A DNA stretch of 64,000 nucleotides, taken from the IMG/VR virus record IMGVR_UViG_2703719318_000005; one strand, given 5' to 3'. A program made the position numbers and the translations under genes. The notes beneath the pieces are model-generated. The model made no database searches and had not been told where the DNA came from. It worked only from the letters and a program-made list of their open reading frames with translations. This DNA comes from an uncultured virus (IMG/VR IMGVR_UViG_2703719318_000005) (taxonomy: Duplodnaviria > Heunggongvirae > Uroviricota > Caudoviricetes). Shown piece by piece: positions 1 to 8,507 of the stretch. Every line of letters starts with the position of its first letter. The first letter of the stretch is position 1.

Positions 1-579
1 ATGAATTGCAGTACAGTATATGTTTTTATAGGTAGCGCATTAGATAATAATATTATAAGAAAAAGCTTCAAAACGGATGGGATTTGTTTTGTGGATAAAG
101 ACTCTTTAACTGATGTTGAAGCTGATTATCAAACAAAAGTTAACTACATAAATTTAAACGATTCTCAATCAATAGAAAAAATATTTGAAGACATTGAGGG
201 CATAAAAAGTATAGTAGTATGTCCGAGTATTAACAATGAATTAAAATACGATAAATTGTTATTAGATGTGGATAGGGTACTTAGAAAACTAGTTATATTT
301 TCAAAGGGAATTTATCCAACTGCTATGAGAAATAAAGGAATTAAAGTATGGTTTTTAGATTCTAACGTAGCTAATAATGAAAATTATGTATTAACAAAAT
401 CTTTTAGTGCTGGAGTAAATGCTATTTCAAAAACCTTTGGTATGGAGTTGGCTAGAAAAAGTACAATAGTAAATTATATAAAATTAAATGATATTGATAA
501 TTTTGAGAAAATAAGTGATTTTATTGATTTGGTATTGGATAAATCAATATATTTAGATATGCAGAATTTAATTGTGTGA
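1..579 (+). CDS. Degenerate SDR/FabG-like protein
   Basis: SDR-like C-terminal half (YVLTKSFSAGVNAISKTFGMELA) but no intact TGxxxGxG motif; overlaps the next SDR gene. Confidence 0.55.
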   Translation: MNCSTVYVFIGSALDNNIIRKSFKTDGICFVDKDSLTDVEADYQTKVNYINLNDSQSIEKIFEDIEGIKSIVVCPSINNELKYDKLLLDVDRVLRKLVIFSKGIYPTAMRNKGIKVWFLDSNVANNENYVLTKSFSAGVNAISKTFGMELARKSTIVNYIKLNDIDNFEKISDFIDLVLDKSIYLDMQNLIV

Positions 580-1324
580 GATGAATGATATGGATAAAAA
601 AATTGCGTTAATAACAGGTGGGAGTGGAGGCATAGGGGCTAAAATATGCAGTAAATTAGCTGAAAATAAATACTATGTTTATATAAACTGTAGAAATGAA
701 GATAAGGCAAAGAAACTATTAGATGAGATAATAGCATTAGGAGGAGAAGGAGAGGTTTTGGTCTTTGATCTTAACTCTAAAGAATCACTGATAGAAGGAA
801 TAAATAAAATTAAATTTAGTAAAATTGATATTCTTGTAAATAACGCAGGGGTGTTAAGAGATAATATTATTTATAATATGAAGATGGAAGATTATGATTT
901 GGTTTTTAAAACCAACTTTATAGCATGTTTAGATATGTATGATGCTGTACTTAGTAGGCTAGAAAAATCAGAAGCTCCAGTGGTAATTAATATGTGTAGT
1001 ATATCAGGTGTTAGACCAAGAACTGGACAACTAGCCTATGGTGTATCAAAAGCAATGTTAATTGAATGGACAAAAAGTATGGCGAAATGCAATGAAAATA
1101 TAAGATATTATGCTGTATCACCAGGTCCTGTAGAAACAGAATTAATTAAAACCTCTAAGTGGTATAATGATAAAAAATCAATTAAAAGAATACCTTTAGG
1201 GAGATATGCTAAACCTGAGGAGATTGCGGATTTTATATCTTACATCATTGATAATCCTAAAATATTTAAAAGTGGAAGCAACATAATATTAGATGGGGGA
1301 TTTTTACAAACCACAAAGGAATAA
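572..1324 (+). CDS. SDR family oxidoreductase, 3-oxoacyl-ACP reductase-like
   Basis: TGGSGGIG, NNAG, YGVSK catalytic motif, VSPGPVET, IPLGR, DGG. Confidence 0.9.
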   Translation: MCEMNDMDKKIALITGGSGGIGAKICSKLAENKYYVYINCRNEDKAKKLLDEIIALGGEGEVLVFDLNSKESLIEGINKIKFSKIDILVNNAGVLRDNIIYNMKMEDYDLVFKTNFIACLDMYDAVLSRLEKSEAPVVINMCSISGVRPRTGQLAYGVSKAMLIEWTKSMAKCNENIRYYAVSPGPVETELIKTSKWYNDKKSIKRIPLGRYAKPEEIADFISYIIDNPKIFKSGSNIILDGGFLQTTKE

Positions 1325-1328
1325 TTAC

Positions 1329-1364
1329 AAAAAAGGTTATACGATTTTTCGTGTAACTTTTTTT
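1329..1364 (+). terminator. Intrinsic terminator
   Basis: AAAAAAGGTTATACGA-TTTT-TCGTGTAACTTTTTT hairpin (G-U pairs allowed) right after the SDR stop. Confidence 0.8.
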
Positions 1365-1470
1365 GTCTAAAGAATTTTTATATAAGTTTTAGAGCTGTAA
1401 AATGATTAATAATTGTAAATGTTAAAAATATACATAGGTAATGGTAAAAGTATTAGGGAGGATGGCAATT

Positions 1471-1680
1471 TTGCCTAGATCGAAGAATGGATATAGTATA
1501 AATGTACACTATCCTAGTGATAAATCAGCTTTAGTTCAATTAAGAAAAAGAATGGGAAAAGCTTATGTTAAATTCATACAAGATTACATTAAGACCTTGC
1601 CTATAGACGATAATAAGAAGAATGAACTTTACTTTAATGTAATAGAAAAACTGAAAATAGATAAAAATGCAAGTTATTAA
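1471..1680 (+). CDS. Small protein (~69 aa), candidate recombination directionality factor
   Basis: GGGAGG RBS before TTG at 1471; lies directly upstream of the recombinase; function inferred from position only. Confidence 0.5.
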   Translation: MPRSKNGYSINVHYPSDKSALVQLRKRMGKAYVKFIQDYIKTLPIDDNKKNELYFNVIEKLKIDKNASY

Positions 1681-1733
1681 GGGTAATTTCTATTTGGTTT
1701 GTGAATTATATAATTATTAAGGTAGGGATCAGA

Positions 1734-3368
1734 ATGAAGGCAGCTATATATTCTCGTAAAAGCAAATATACTGGCAAGGGCGAAAGCATTGAAAATCAAA
1801 TTCAGTTATGCAAAGAATATGGATTGAAGTATTTAGAAATGTCCAAAGAGGATTTTATTGTATACGAAGATGAGGGCTTTTCAGGTGGAAATACTAAAAG
1901 ACCTCAATTTCAGAAAATGTTAAAGGATGCTAAAGAGAGAAAGTTTAATATATTGATATGCTATAGATTAGATAGAATAAGCAGAAATGTATCGGATTTT
2001 TCTAATTTGATCAATGATTTAAATAGATATAGTGTGGATTTTGTTTCTATCAGAGAACAGTTTGATACTACTACGCCAATGGGGAGAGCTATGATGTATA
2101 TAGCATCCGTTTTTTCTCAATTGGAGAGAGAAACTATTGCTGAAAGAATAAGAGATAATATGATAGAGCTTGCTAAGACCGGAAGATGGCTTGGGGGAAT
2201 TACACCTACTGGTTTTCAATCGGAAGCTATAATAAAGGTGGATTCAGGTGGAAAAGAAAGAAAAATGTTTAAATTATCTGTTGTTGAGGAAGAAATTAAT
2301 GTAGTTAAACTAATTTATAATAAATATATTGAGTTGAAATCAATAACTAAAGTTGAAAAATATTTAATAATTAATAAGATCAATACTAAAAACGGACTAG
2401 ATTTTCAAAGATATTCATTGAAGTTTTTACTTGGAAACCCTGTATACGCTGTAGCTGATAAAAATATGTATGAGTATTTAATTAGTAAAAATTATGAGGT
2501 TTATTCAGAATTAAAAGATTTTAATGGAATACATGGACTCATAGCCTACAATAAAACCTGTCAAAATAAAGAACAAAGTATAAATAGATTTAGAAATTCA
2601 AGCGAATGGATTATAGCTGTTGGAAAGCATCAGGGGGTTATTCCAAGTGATATTTGGATTGAGGCACAGAATTTATTAGAACAAAATAAATCAAAGGCCT
2701 ATAGGAAAGTTAAAAGTAATCAATCTATTTTATCTGGTGTTTTAAGGTGTGCATATTGTGGAAGTTATATGAGACCAAAGGCAGTGCAAAGAAAAAATTC
2801 TGATGGTGAACAGGTTTTTTATTATTTGTGTGAAATGAAAGAAAAAAGCAAAAAAACTCGCTGTAATGTTTCAAATATTAATGGAAATGTTTTAGATAAA
2901 TTAATAATTAACGAATTGAAAAAAATCATCAAAGAAAAATTCCCCTTATTTCAGGATATGAATTTTAAAAAAACATTAATAGAATGTAATTATATGGGCT
3001 CAGAAAATGAATTAATAGAAAAGAAAATATCTGAAATTGATTTATCTATTATGAATATAATGAGTTCAATTGAAAAAGGTCAGCCAGAAAGTGTTTTAGA
3101 AATAATGTATAAACGTATGGAGAAGCTTGACAAAGAAAAGAAGGATTTAAATAAAAGGTTGTCACAAGCAAATAGTGTAGGTAAAAATTCTAAGTCTAAC
3201 TCCATAAATATGGAATTTATTTATAAGAGCTTATGTAGTTTTAATGATAGTTCCTGGGAGCTTATGAATGTAGAGGATAAAAGAAACCTAATAAAGAGTG
3301 TGGTAGATAAAATTTTATGGGATGGTAAAAAAATTGATATGCTATTATTGGGAAGTGAAATATCCTGA
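1734..3368 (+). CDS. spoIVCA: Large serine recombinase, SpoIVCA-like
   Basis: AIYSRKS catalytic Ser motif, DEGFSGG, RLDRISR, recombinase domain, zinc ribbon (CAYCG...YYLC), coiled coil. Confidence 0.85.
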   Translation: MKAAIYSRKSKYTGKGESIENQIQLCKEYGLKYLEMSKEDFIVYEDEGFSGGNTKRPQFQKMLKDAKERKFNILICYRLDRISRNVSDFSNLINDLNRYSVDFVSIREQFDTTTPMGRAMMYIASVFSQLERETIAERIRDNMIELAKTGRWLGGITPTGFQSEAIIKVDSGGKERKMFKLSVVEEEINVVKLIYNKYIELKSITKVEKYLIINKINTKNGLDFQRYSLKFLLGNPVYAVADKNMYEYLISKNYEVYSELKDFNGIHGLIAYNKTCQNKEQSINRFRNSSEWIIAVGKHQGVIPSDIWIEAQNLLEQNKSKAYRKVKSNQSILSGVLRCAYCGSYMRPKAVQRKNSDGEQVFYYLCEMKEKSKKTRCNVSNINGNVLDKLIINELKKIIKEKFPLFQDMNFKKTLIECNYMGSENELIEKKISEIDLSIMNIMSSIEKGQPESVLEIMYKRMEKLDKEKKDLNKRLSQANSVGKNSKSNSINMEFIYKSLCSFNDSSWELMNVEDKRNLIKSVVDKILWDGKKIDMLLLGSEIS

Positions 3369-3394
3369 GCTTAAAATGTTTCCGGAGTGTGAGA

Positions 3395-3493
3395 ATAGAA
3401 AATGAGATACTAATGCTTATAAGAAATAATAAAAAGAGTAAAAATGAGGTATACCTTCAAGATCCAATTGGTGTAGACAAGGAAGGTAATGAA
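3395..3493 (+). other. sigK: Internal fragment of sigK (middle piece of a split gene)
   Basis: Translates to IENEILMLIRNNKKSKNEVYLQDPIGVDKEGNE, matching the conserved SigK segment ARCIENEILM...DPIGxDKEGNEISL; flanked by non-sigK DNA and an in-frame TAA. Confidence 0.92.
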
Positions 3494-3520
3494 TAACATC
3501 TATGATGTTAGACATATACC
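3488..3520. other. Putative attL of the prophage
   Basis: sigK homology stops after AATGAA; followed by palindrome TAACATC-TAT-GATGTTA and the integrase stop codon. Confidence 0.6.
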
Positions 3521-5029
3521 TCAAAACCTTGTATATAGCTGTAAATCAAAGTCATCGTTACGTTGATTTTTTGATTTTATATACTTAGCTTCTATCAAAA
3601 TACTTTTCAACAGCTGATTTTTTTCAGTAATATCCTTTGAACTTTTATATTCTTTAATAGCATCACGTATTTTTGATAAATTTAAGTTTTTGCTCTTGTC
3701 TTCCTTCTTTAGCAATTCTTTTAATGAATTCATTTCAGTACTTACTTTATTAGATCTATCTGCCAAATTATTCGAACGTTCAACAAATGTATTGTTATCA
3801 TATATTCCTTGCTCAAGTAAATCAAACAATTTCATTTTTTGACTATTTAGTGTTGATAATTTCTTTTCTAAAACTGATATCTGAATCTTATATGTATCAA
3901 TTTTAGAATTATTTTTATTGATTTTTTCCATATTTGACTCATAGTTGTTTAGTAGTGTTTCTAAAGCATTAAGTAGTGCTTTTTCAACATAATCAAATCG
4001 GGCACTTTTATTGCCACATTTTTTCATGCATATTATATGTGGAAGTCTGTTACCGTATTTTCTTAAAACCATTTTACTTCCACATACACCACATGTTATT
4101 ATACCTGCAAGGGGATTGACAGCACCATTTTTTAGCTGATATGGTACATGATATTTATTTTTTAATATTTCCTTAGCCTGATTAAATATCTCATCACTAA
4201 TTATAGGTTTATGTTTACCATCTGCTACAATCCATTCTGATTTGTTCCTTGTCCTAGTGTCTTTTACTTTGTTAGGATTTTTAGATTTTTTAATTTCTTT
4301 TTTCCTCCATGTTACTTTTCCTATATAAACAGGGTTTTTCAATATAAAAAGTATACTGCTAGATTCGAATTCTCTGCAATTTTTTGTGCTATATCCAAGA
4401 GCATTTAGACGATTTGCTATTATTCCTGCACCATTTCCGTCGGTATACAATTTAAAAATTAATTTTACTATTTCAGCTTCTTTAGGGTTTGGTTTTAGAG
4501 TTCTATTTTTATTTATAAAAGTTATATCATAGCCAAATGGGGGGTTAGCTGATATATAATTTCCATCTTCTATGCTTCTTACTCTGCCACCTTGCATACG
4601 TCTGTTTATCATTTTCAGTTCTTTTCTACTCATAAATGCTTCAAATTCAGAATACTCTTCGTCAAAATCGTTATCCAAATCATAAGTTTTCATTGGTGTT
4701 ATTATTTTTGTATGGGAATTTTTAAAGGTTTCTAAAACAATTCCTTGGTCTTTCATATCTCCACGACCTAAACGCTGCATATCCATAACTAAAACACCAG
4801 TATACATTTTAGCTTCAACTTCTTTTAAAAGCTCAAGCATTTTAGGTCTGAAAAATAAGCTCTCACCACTTACTATTTCTTCTTTTATTTCTACTATATT
4901 TAGTTTCTTTTCCTTAGCAAACTTAAGCAAAGCTTTTCTGTGTTTTAATAATGTTTCACCTTCACCTAAAGTTTTTTCTAGTTCCTCATCGGCTCTTGAT
5001 TTTCTTAAATAAATGCAAATCTTATCCAT
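3521..5029 (-). CDS. Prophage large serine integrase
   Basis: IYLRKSR, MDMQRLGRG, PPFGY, zinc ribbon CGVCG, coiled coil. Confidence 0.92.
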   Translation of the reverse strand: MDKICIYLRKSRADEELEKTLGEGETLLKHRKALLKFAKEKKLNIVEIKEEIVSGESLFFRPKMLELLKEVEAKMYTGVLVMDMQRLGRGDMKDQGIVLETFKNSHTKIITPMKTYDLDNDFDEEYSEFEAFMSRKELKMINRRMQGGRVRSIEDGNYISANPPFGYDITFINKNRTLKPNPKEAEIVKLIFKLYTDGNGAGIIANRLNALGYSTKNCREFESSSILFILKNPVYIGKVTWRKKEIKKSKNPNKVKDTRTRNKSEWIVADGKHKPIISDEIFNQAKEILKNKYHVPYQLKNGAVNPLAGIITCGVCGSKMVLRKYGNRLPHIICMKKCGNKSARFDYVEKALLNALETLLNNYESNMEKINKNNSKIDTYKIQISVLEKKLSTLNSQKMKLFDLLEQGIYDNNTFVERSNNLADRSNKVSTEMNSLKELLKKEDKSKNLNLSKIRDAIKEYKSSKDITEKNQLLKSILIEAKYIKSKNQRNDDFDLQLYTRF

Positions 5030-5049
5030 TAGCAACACTTCCATTAAAA

Positions 5050-5253
5050 TTAATTGTTTTCTTTATATTCAATTATATCGCTTATATTACATTTTAAGTA
5101 TTCACACAATTTATCTATTATTTGAAGCGCAATAAAGTCACCATTATTTATTCTTGTCATTGTGCTTTTACTGATTACTTTACTGACTACTAAGTCTTTT
5201 TTCTCTAAATCTTTATCTATAAGCGTTTTAAAAAAAGGTTTATAACTTATCAT
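5050..5253 (-). CDS. Cro/C1-type HTH protein (67 aa)
   Basis: MISYKPF...IIDKLCEYLKCNISDIIEY pattern; directly upstream of the integrase. Confidence 0.8.
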   Translation of the reverse strand: MISYKPFFKTLIDKDLEKKDLVVSKVISKSTMTRINNGDFIALQIIDKLCEYLKCNISDIIEYKENN

Positions 5254-5340
5254 AAAAAAACTCCCTTCATATCACGATATTATTGTAATGCAAATTACAT
5301 TACAAGTCAATACAATAGGAATATAAATAAAGCAAAAGGA

Positions 5341-5370
5341 TTGACTTCTGAACCTTATATGTGATATTAT
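5341..5370 (+). promoter_or_regulatory. SigA-type promoter for the HTH-TPR gene
   Basis: TTGACT-N18-TATTAT with extended TG. Confidence 0.5.
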
Positions 5371-5587
5371 GAATTTATGGAAATTTATTAAATAAATAAT
5401 AATAAATTTAAATGGCTGTAATAATTATAATTTTTTATAAAAATTGTTAATAATAGAGAAACTCTGTAGGCATATGGTCTCGCAAACTTCTACCTACAGA
5501 GTTAAAAGGGAAGTCCTTCCCCCTGACAATAATAACACATACAGCAAAAAATCGGAAGACTTCTATTTATAGAATAGGAGGATTAAT

Positions 5588-6775
5588 ATGTGTAAATTAG
5601 AACCTTATCAAAGGTTAAAAAAGATAGTAGAAGAATTAGGTGTAAGCCAAACAGAATTATCTTGTAAATATCTAGGGAGAGCAACTATAAACAAAATTCT
5701 TAATGGAGAGAGACCCTTAGGAGCAGCTCAGGCATATAAGTTTATACAAAGATTTAAAGACTTTGGGTATGATACAGATATTGAATTAATATTAGGCGTG
5801 CCTGCAAAAACTATAAATGGTATAGTAACGAAATTTTTAAGCAATACAAAGAAATATTACTTAGAGTTTGATGAATTGATAGACAAGTTATATAAGGATA
5901 AGGCTATAGAAGTTATTTGGGAAGTTATACAAGAATTAGATGACCAAGATGTTTATAAAAATGCAAATACTATATTGAAATATTTAACAAAATTAATGCA
6001 ATATGATTTAGATGAAAATACATATCTAGAAGTTAATTTAGAGCTGATTAAAATTTATACAGCAACAGGAAACTATGAACGTGCAATTTCAGGATTTAAT
6101 TCAGTTAAAAATTTTAATACATTAGATAGGGAGAGTAGAGTTAAGTGTCTTTTGAATGTAGCTTTAGCATACTACAATCTTAGAGAATATAAATTATCAA
6201 TAGATATTGCATCCAGAGTCATGAGACTTAGAATTTTTGATAAATACTATTTTAAAGCAGCAATAATAAAAGCTAATGTGCTTTACACAAAAGGCAGTAT
6301 TATGGCGAGTATTAAAGAGTATGAGAAAATTTCAATAACGGCCAAGAAACATAATTTCTTGAATTATGTTTCAACAAGTGAAAGCAACATAGGGTATGTG
6401 TTTACAGAACAAAATAAATTAGACTTAGCAAAAATATATTTGGACCAGGCAATGAAAAATTTTGATACATTAGATAACTATTACAAACTAAATGTTTATG
6501 ATAATGTATTCTATTTGAAACTTAAAAATAATACAGCCGATTTTAGTTCATTTGAAAAAGTAATGACTTTAGCTTTCAATGTTAATGATAATTTCAGGAT
6601 TAAAAATAATATAAAACAATTTGTAAGCTATGCTATTAAGAATAAAAAAAACAAAGAATTTTTTGCAAAGATATTAGGGTTCCTGAATCCAAAAGGCTTA
6701 GAATTAGAATCAAGTTTAAAATTAAAGATAATGGAATATTTAGCAGGTAAAACATTTGAAAACATGATAAAATAG
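5588..6775 (+). CDS. HTH plus TPR-repeat regulator, RRNPP/AimR-like peptide receptor
   Basis: N-terminal XRE-like HTH (LGVSQTELS...TINKILNGER) followed by TPR-like repeats (LNVALAYYNLREY, SNIGYVFTEQNKLDLAKIYLDQAM); followed by a small signal-peptide ORF. Confidence 0.8.
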   Translation: MCKLEPYQRLKKIVEELGVSQTELSCKYLGRATINKILNGERPLGAAQAYKFIQRFKDFGYDTDIELILGVPAKTINGIVTKFLSNTKKYYLEFDELIDKLYKDKAIEVIWEVIQELDDQDVYKNANTILKYLTKLMQYDLDENTYLEVNLELIKIYTATGNYERAISGFNSVKNFNTLDRESRVKCLLNVALAYYNLREYKLSIDIASRVMRLRIFDKYYFKAAIIKANVLYTKGSIMASIKEYEKISITAKKHNFLNYVSTSESNIGYVFTEQNKLDLAKIYLDQAMKNFDTLDNYYKLNVYDNVFYLKLKNNTADFSSFEKVMTLAFNVNDNFRIKNNIKQFVSYAIKNKKNKEFFAKILGFLNPKGLELESSLKLKIMEYLAGKTFENMIK

Positions 6776-6838
6776 CACTATACAATTGTGAAATATCACA
6801 CTTTTGTGATATACTAATTTTGAGGGGAGGGAATTTAT

Positions 6839-6943
6839 ATGAAAAAAATATTAGCAAGTAAAACAGTAGGTACTTTAGTAGCTGTAGCATTAATATTTAT
6901 ACCTGTTATAAGCTTTGTAATAGGAAGCCCGGGAGTTTCATAA
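6839..6943 (+). CDS. 34-aa secreted signalling pro-peptide (AimP/Phr-like)
   Basis: GGGGAGG RBS; MKKILASKTVGTLVAVALIFIPVISFVIGSPGVS has a basic N-terminus, hydrophobic core and short polar tail. Confidence 0.8.
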   Translation: MKKILASKTVGTLVAVALIFIPVISFVIGSPGVS

Positions 6944-6958
6944 AATTTAATAATGTGC

Positions 6959-7025
6959 AAGTGACATATTCGACAAAATGTATGTCACTTTTTATATTGT
7001 TTTACAGTTAAAAAAATGCTATAAC
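6959..7025 (+). promoter_or_regulatory. Inverted repeat (operator and/or terminator) followed by a SigA promoter
   Basis: AAGTGACATA-N12-TATGTCACTT, then TTGTTT-N17-TATAAC with extended TG. Confidence 0.6.
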
Positions 7026-7052
7026 ATATATAATATACTTGGGAGGTTATAT

Positions 7053-7172
7053 ATGGAGGAACTGAAGAAAATTTTGATTCGAATTGAGAACATAGAAAAA
7101 CTAGCTGAACATATTAATATTGCTGTATACAATATAGAAAATAAAATACTTAAATCCAAAAAAGAACAATAA
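7053..7172 (+). CDS. 39-aa protein in an aimX-like position
   Basis: GGGAGG RBS; converges with the repressor gene. Confidence 0.6.
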   Translation: MEELKKILIRIENIEKLAEHINIAVYNIENKILKSKKEQ

Positions 7173-7174
7173 AT

Positions 7175-7552
7175 TTATTGCTCTTTTTTTATTTTCTCTT
7201 CTTCAATTATCTTATTTAATGTTTCTTTTATCGTATAGGTGATTAATTTTTGTAAATCACTGTCTATATTCTGAGTATTTGTAATTAATCCTTTTTGTAC
7301 TAATCGTTTAAGCAGTTCATCTACTACATATTCTTTTCTTTTTTCAATTTCAACATCTAATTTATCAACTCTTAATTCATCCAATGTCAAATTAAAATAA
7401 TTTGCTAAAGTTTGTAGGGTTTCATCAGAACCAGTTTTGTGACCTTCTTCTATTTTACTAATCATACTTACCGACAATCCAGTTTCATCAGCAAGTTGTT
7501 TTTGTGTTATACCCTTTGATTTTCTTAATTTCTTAAGCTTTTCACTTAGCAT
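7175..7552 (-). CDS. CI-like XRE repressor
   Basis: MLSEKLKKLRKSKGITQKQLADETGLSVSMISKIEEG HTH; AAGGAG RBS; divergent from the Cro-like gene. Confidence 0.85.
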   Translation of the reverse strand: MLSEKLKKLRKSKGITQKQLADETGLSVSMISKIEEGHKTGSDETLQTLANYFNLTLDELRVDKLDVEIEKRKEYVVDELLKRLVQKGLITNTQNIDSDLQKLITYTIKETLNKIIEEEKIKKEQ

Positions 7553-7584
7553 TTTATTTCTCCTTTTTTGTTTTTCTGTGTCTA

Positions 7585-7733
7585 TTTTGTCACAGTCTGT
7601 GACAAAAGTCAAGGAAAGCAGACTATTTTTAGGCAAAATGTGTGTAAATAAATAAATTGTACAAGCCAGATAAGCACCAAGAGGTGATAAATTATCACGA
7701 TATGTTTGAATATTATCACCAATCGAGTGATAA
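7585..7733. promoter_or_regulatory. Genetic switch operators
   Basis: Palindromes TTTTGTCACAG-T-CTGTGACAAAA (7585-7607), GTGATAA-A-TTATCAC (7684-7698), TTATCAC-N7-GTGATAA (7713-7733). Confidence 0.7.
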
Positions 7734-7757
7734 TTGTACCAGAGAGGAGGAAAGTAC

Positions 7758-8054
7758 ATGGAAGATAGACAACATATAACTACTTTTAAAATTCTAAGAC
7801 TTGCATCAGGAAAAACAGCCAAAAGCGTAGCATCAGCATTAAATCTTAAAGAATCCAGCTACCGAAGATACGAGTGCTCAGATAGATTACCATCTGTAAA
7901 CACATTACAAAGGTTAGCTACGACATACAAATGCTCATTAGAAGCAGTAACACACGCCTACAACTATCACAAAAGTGTGAGAGACATGAAAAGGAAGAGT
8001 AAATTAAGGAACAGATTAAAGAAAAAAAGCCAAATTAATAATTATGGTGCATAG
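7758..8054 (+). CDS. Cro-like XRE regulator
   Basis: HTH (LRLASGKTAKSVASALNLKESSYRRYE); AGGAGG RBS. Confidence 0.8.
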   Translation: MEDRQHITTFKILRLASGKTAKSVASALNLKESSYRRYECSDRLPSVNTLQRLATTYKCSLEAVTHAYNYHKSVRDMKRKSKLRNRLKKKSQINNYGA

Positions 8055-8095
8055 TATGAAAGTAAAGTGAATAAAATTTTAATGAGGTGGTGTAC

Positions 8096-8245
8096 ATGCC
8101 TAATGTAACAATTATAAGACCTAATATCACCCCAGAGCAAGAAAAGAAAGCACTTGAGTTTTTTTCAGCTGCTTTAGGTAGTTTAATTGAAAAAAAGTAT
8201 GGAATTGAAGTTAGAATTGAAACACATAGGAAAACATCAAAATGA
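8096..8245 (+). CDS. 49-aa hypothetical protein
   Basis: GAGGTGG RBS; MPNVTIIRPNITPEQEKKALE... Confidence 0.6.
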   Translation: MPNVTIIRPNITPEQEKKALEFFSAALGSLIEKKYGIEVRIETHRKTSK

Positions 8246-8507
8246 TTAAGTTTGAGATTAAAAAGTGATTAACTTTAAATAGGCTATTCAGCCTATTATA
8301 AAAAACTATTATGTAAATAAAAATAAACACTTATCTAATATATTCTATTAATTATCATTCAAGAATATGACAAAAACACTTCAATAAAATCTTAAGACAG
8401 CGCAAGTGGAACATAAAAGAGTGTCAGTACTCTACTGGTTACTTACTATTGTTACTGGTTACTGATCTATTGATACTGTAGGAATTTAAATTAGGAGGAA
8501 TTGAATA

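Larger units (their letters stand above)
1..3400. mobile_element. Right end of a sigK-intervening (skin-like) element; left end outside the window
   Basis: Large serine recombinase ends 26 bp before an internal sigK fragment that begins at the IENE motif; the preceding DNA is not sigK. Confidence 0.75.

Noticed and set aside
1405..1445. SigE promoter for the small ORF and recombinase
   Set aside because: CATAGGTAAT resembles a SigE -10 but the -35 match is too poor to call
7553..7822. Long N-terminal extension of the repressor ORF (215 aa in the track)
   Set aside because: RBS and HTH start fit ATG at 7552; the extension overlaps operators and the divergent gene
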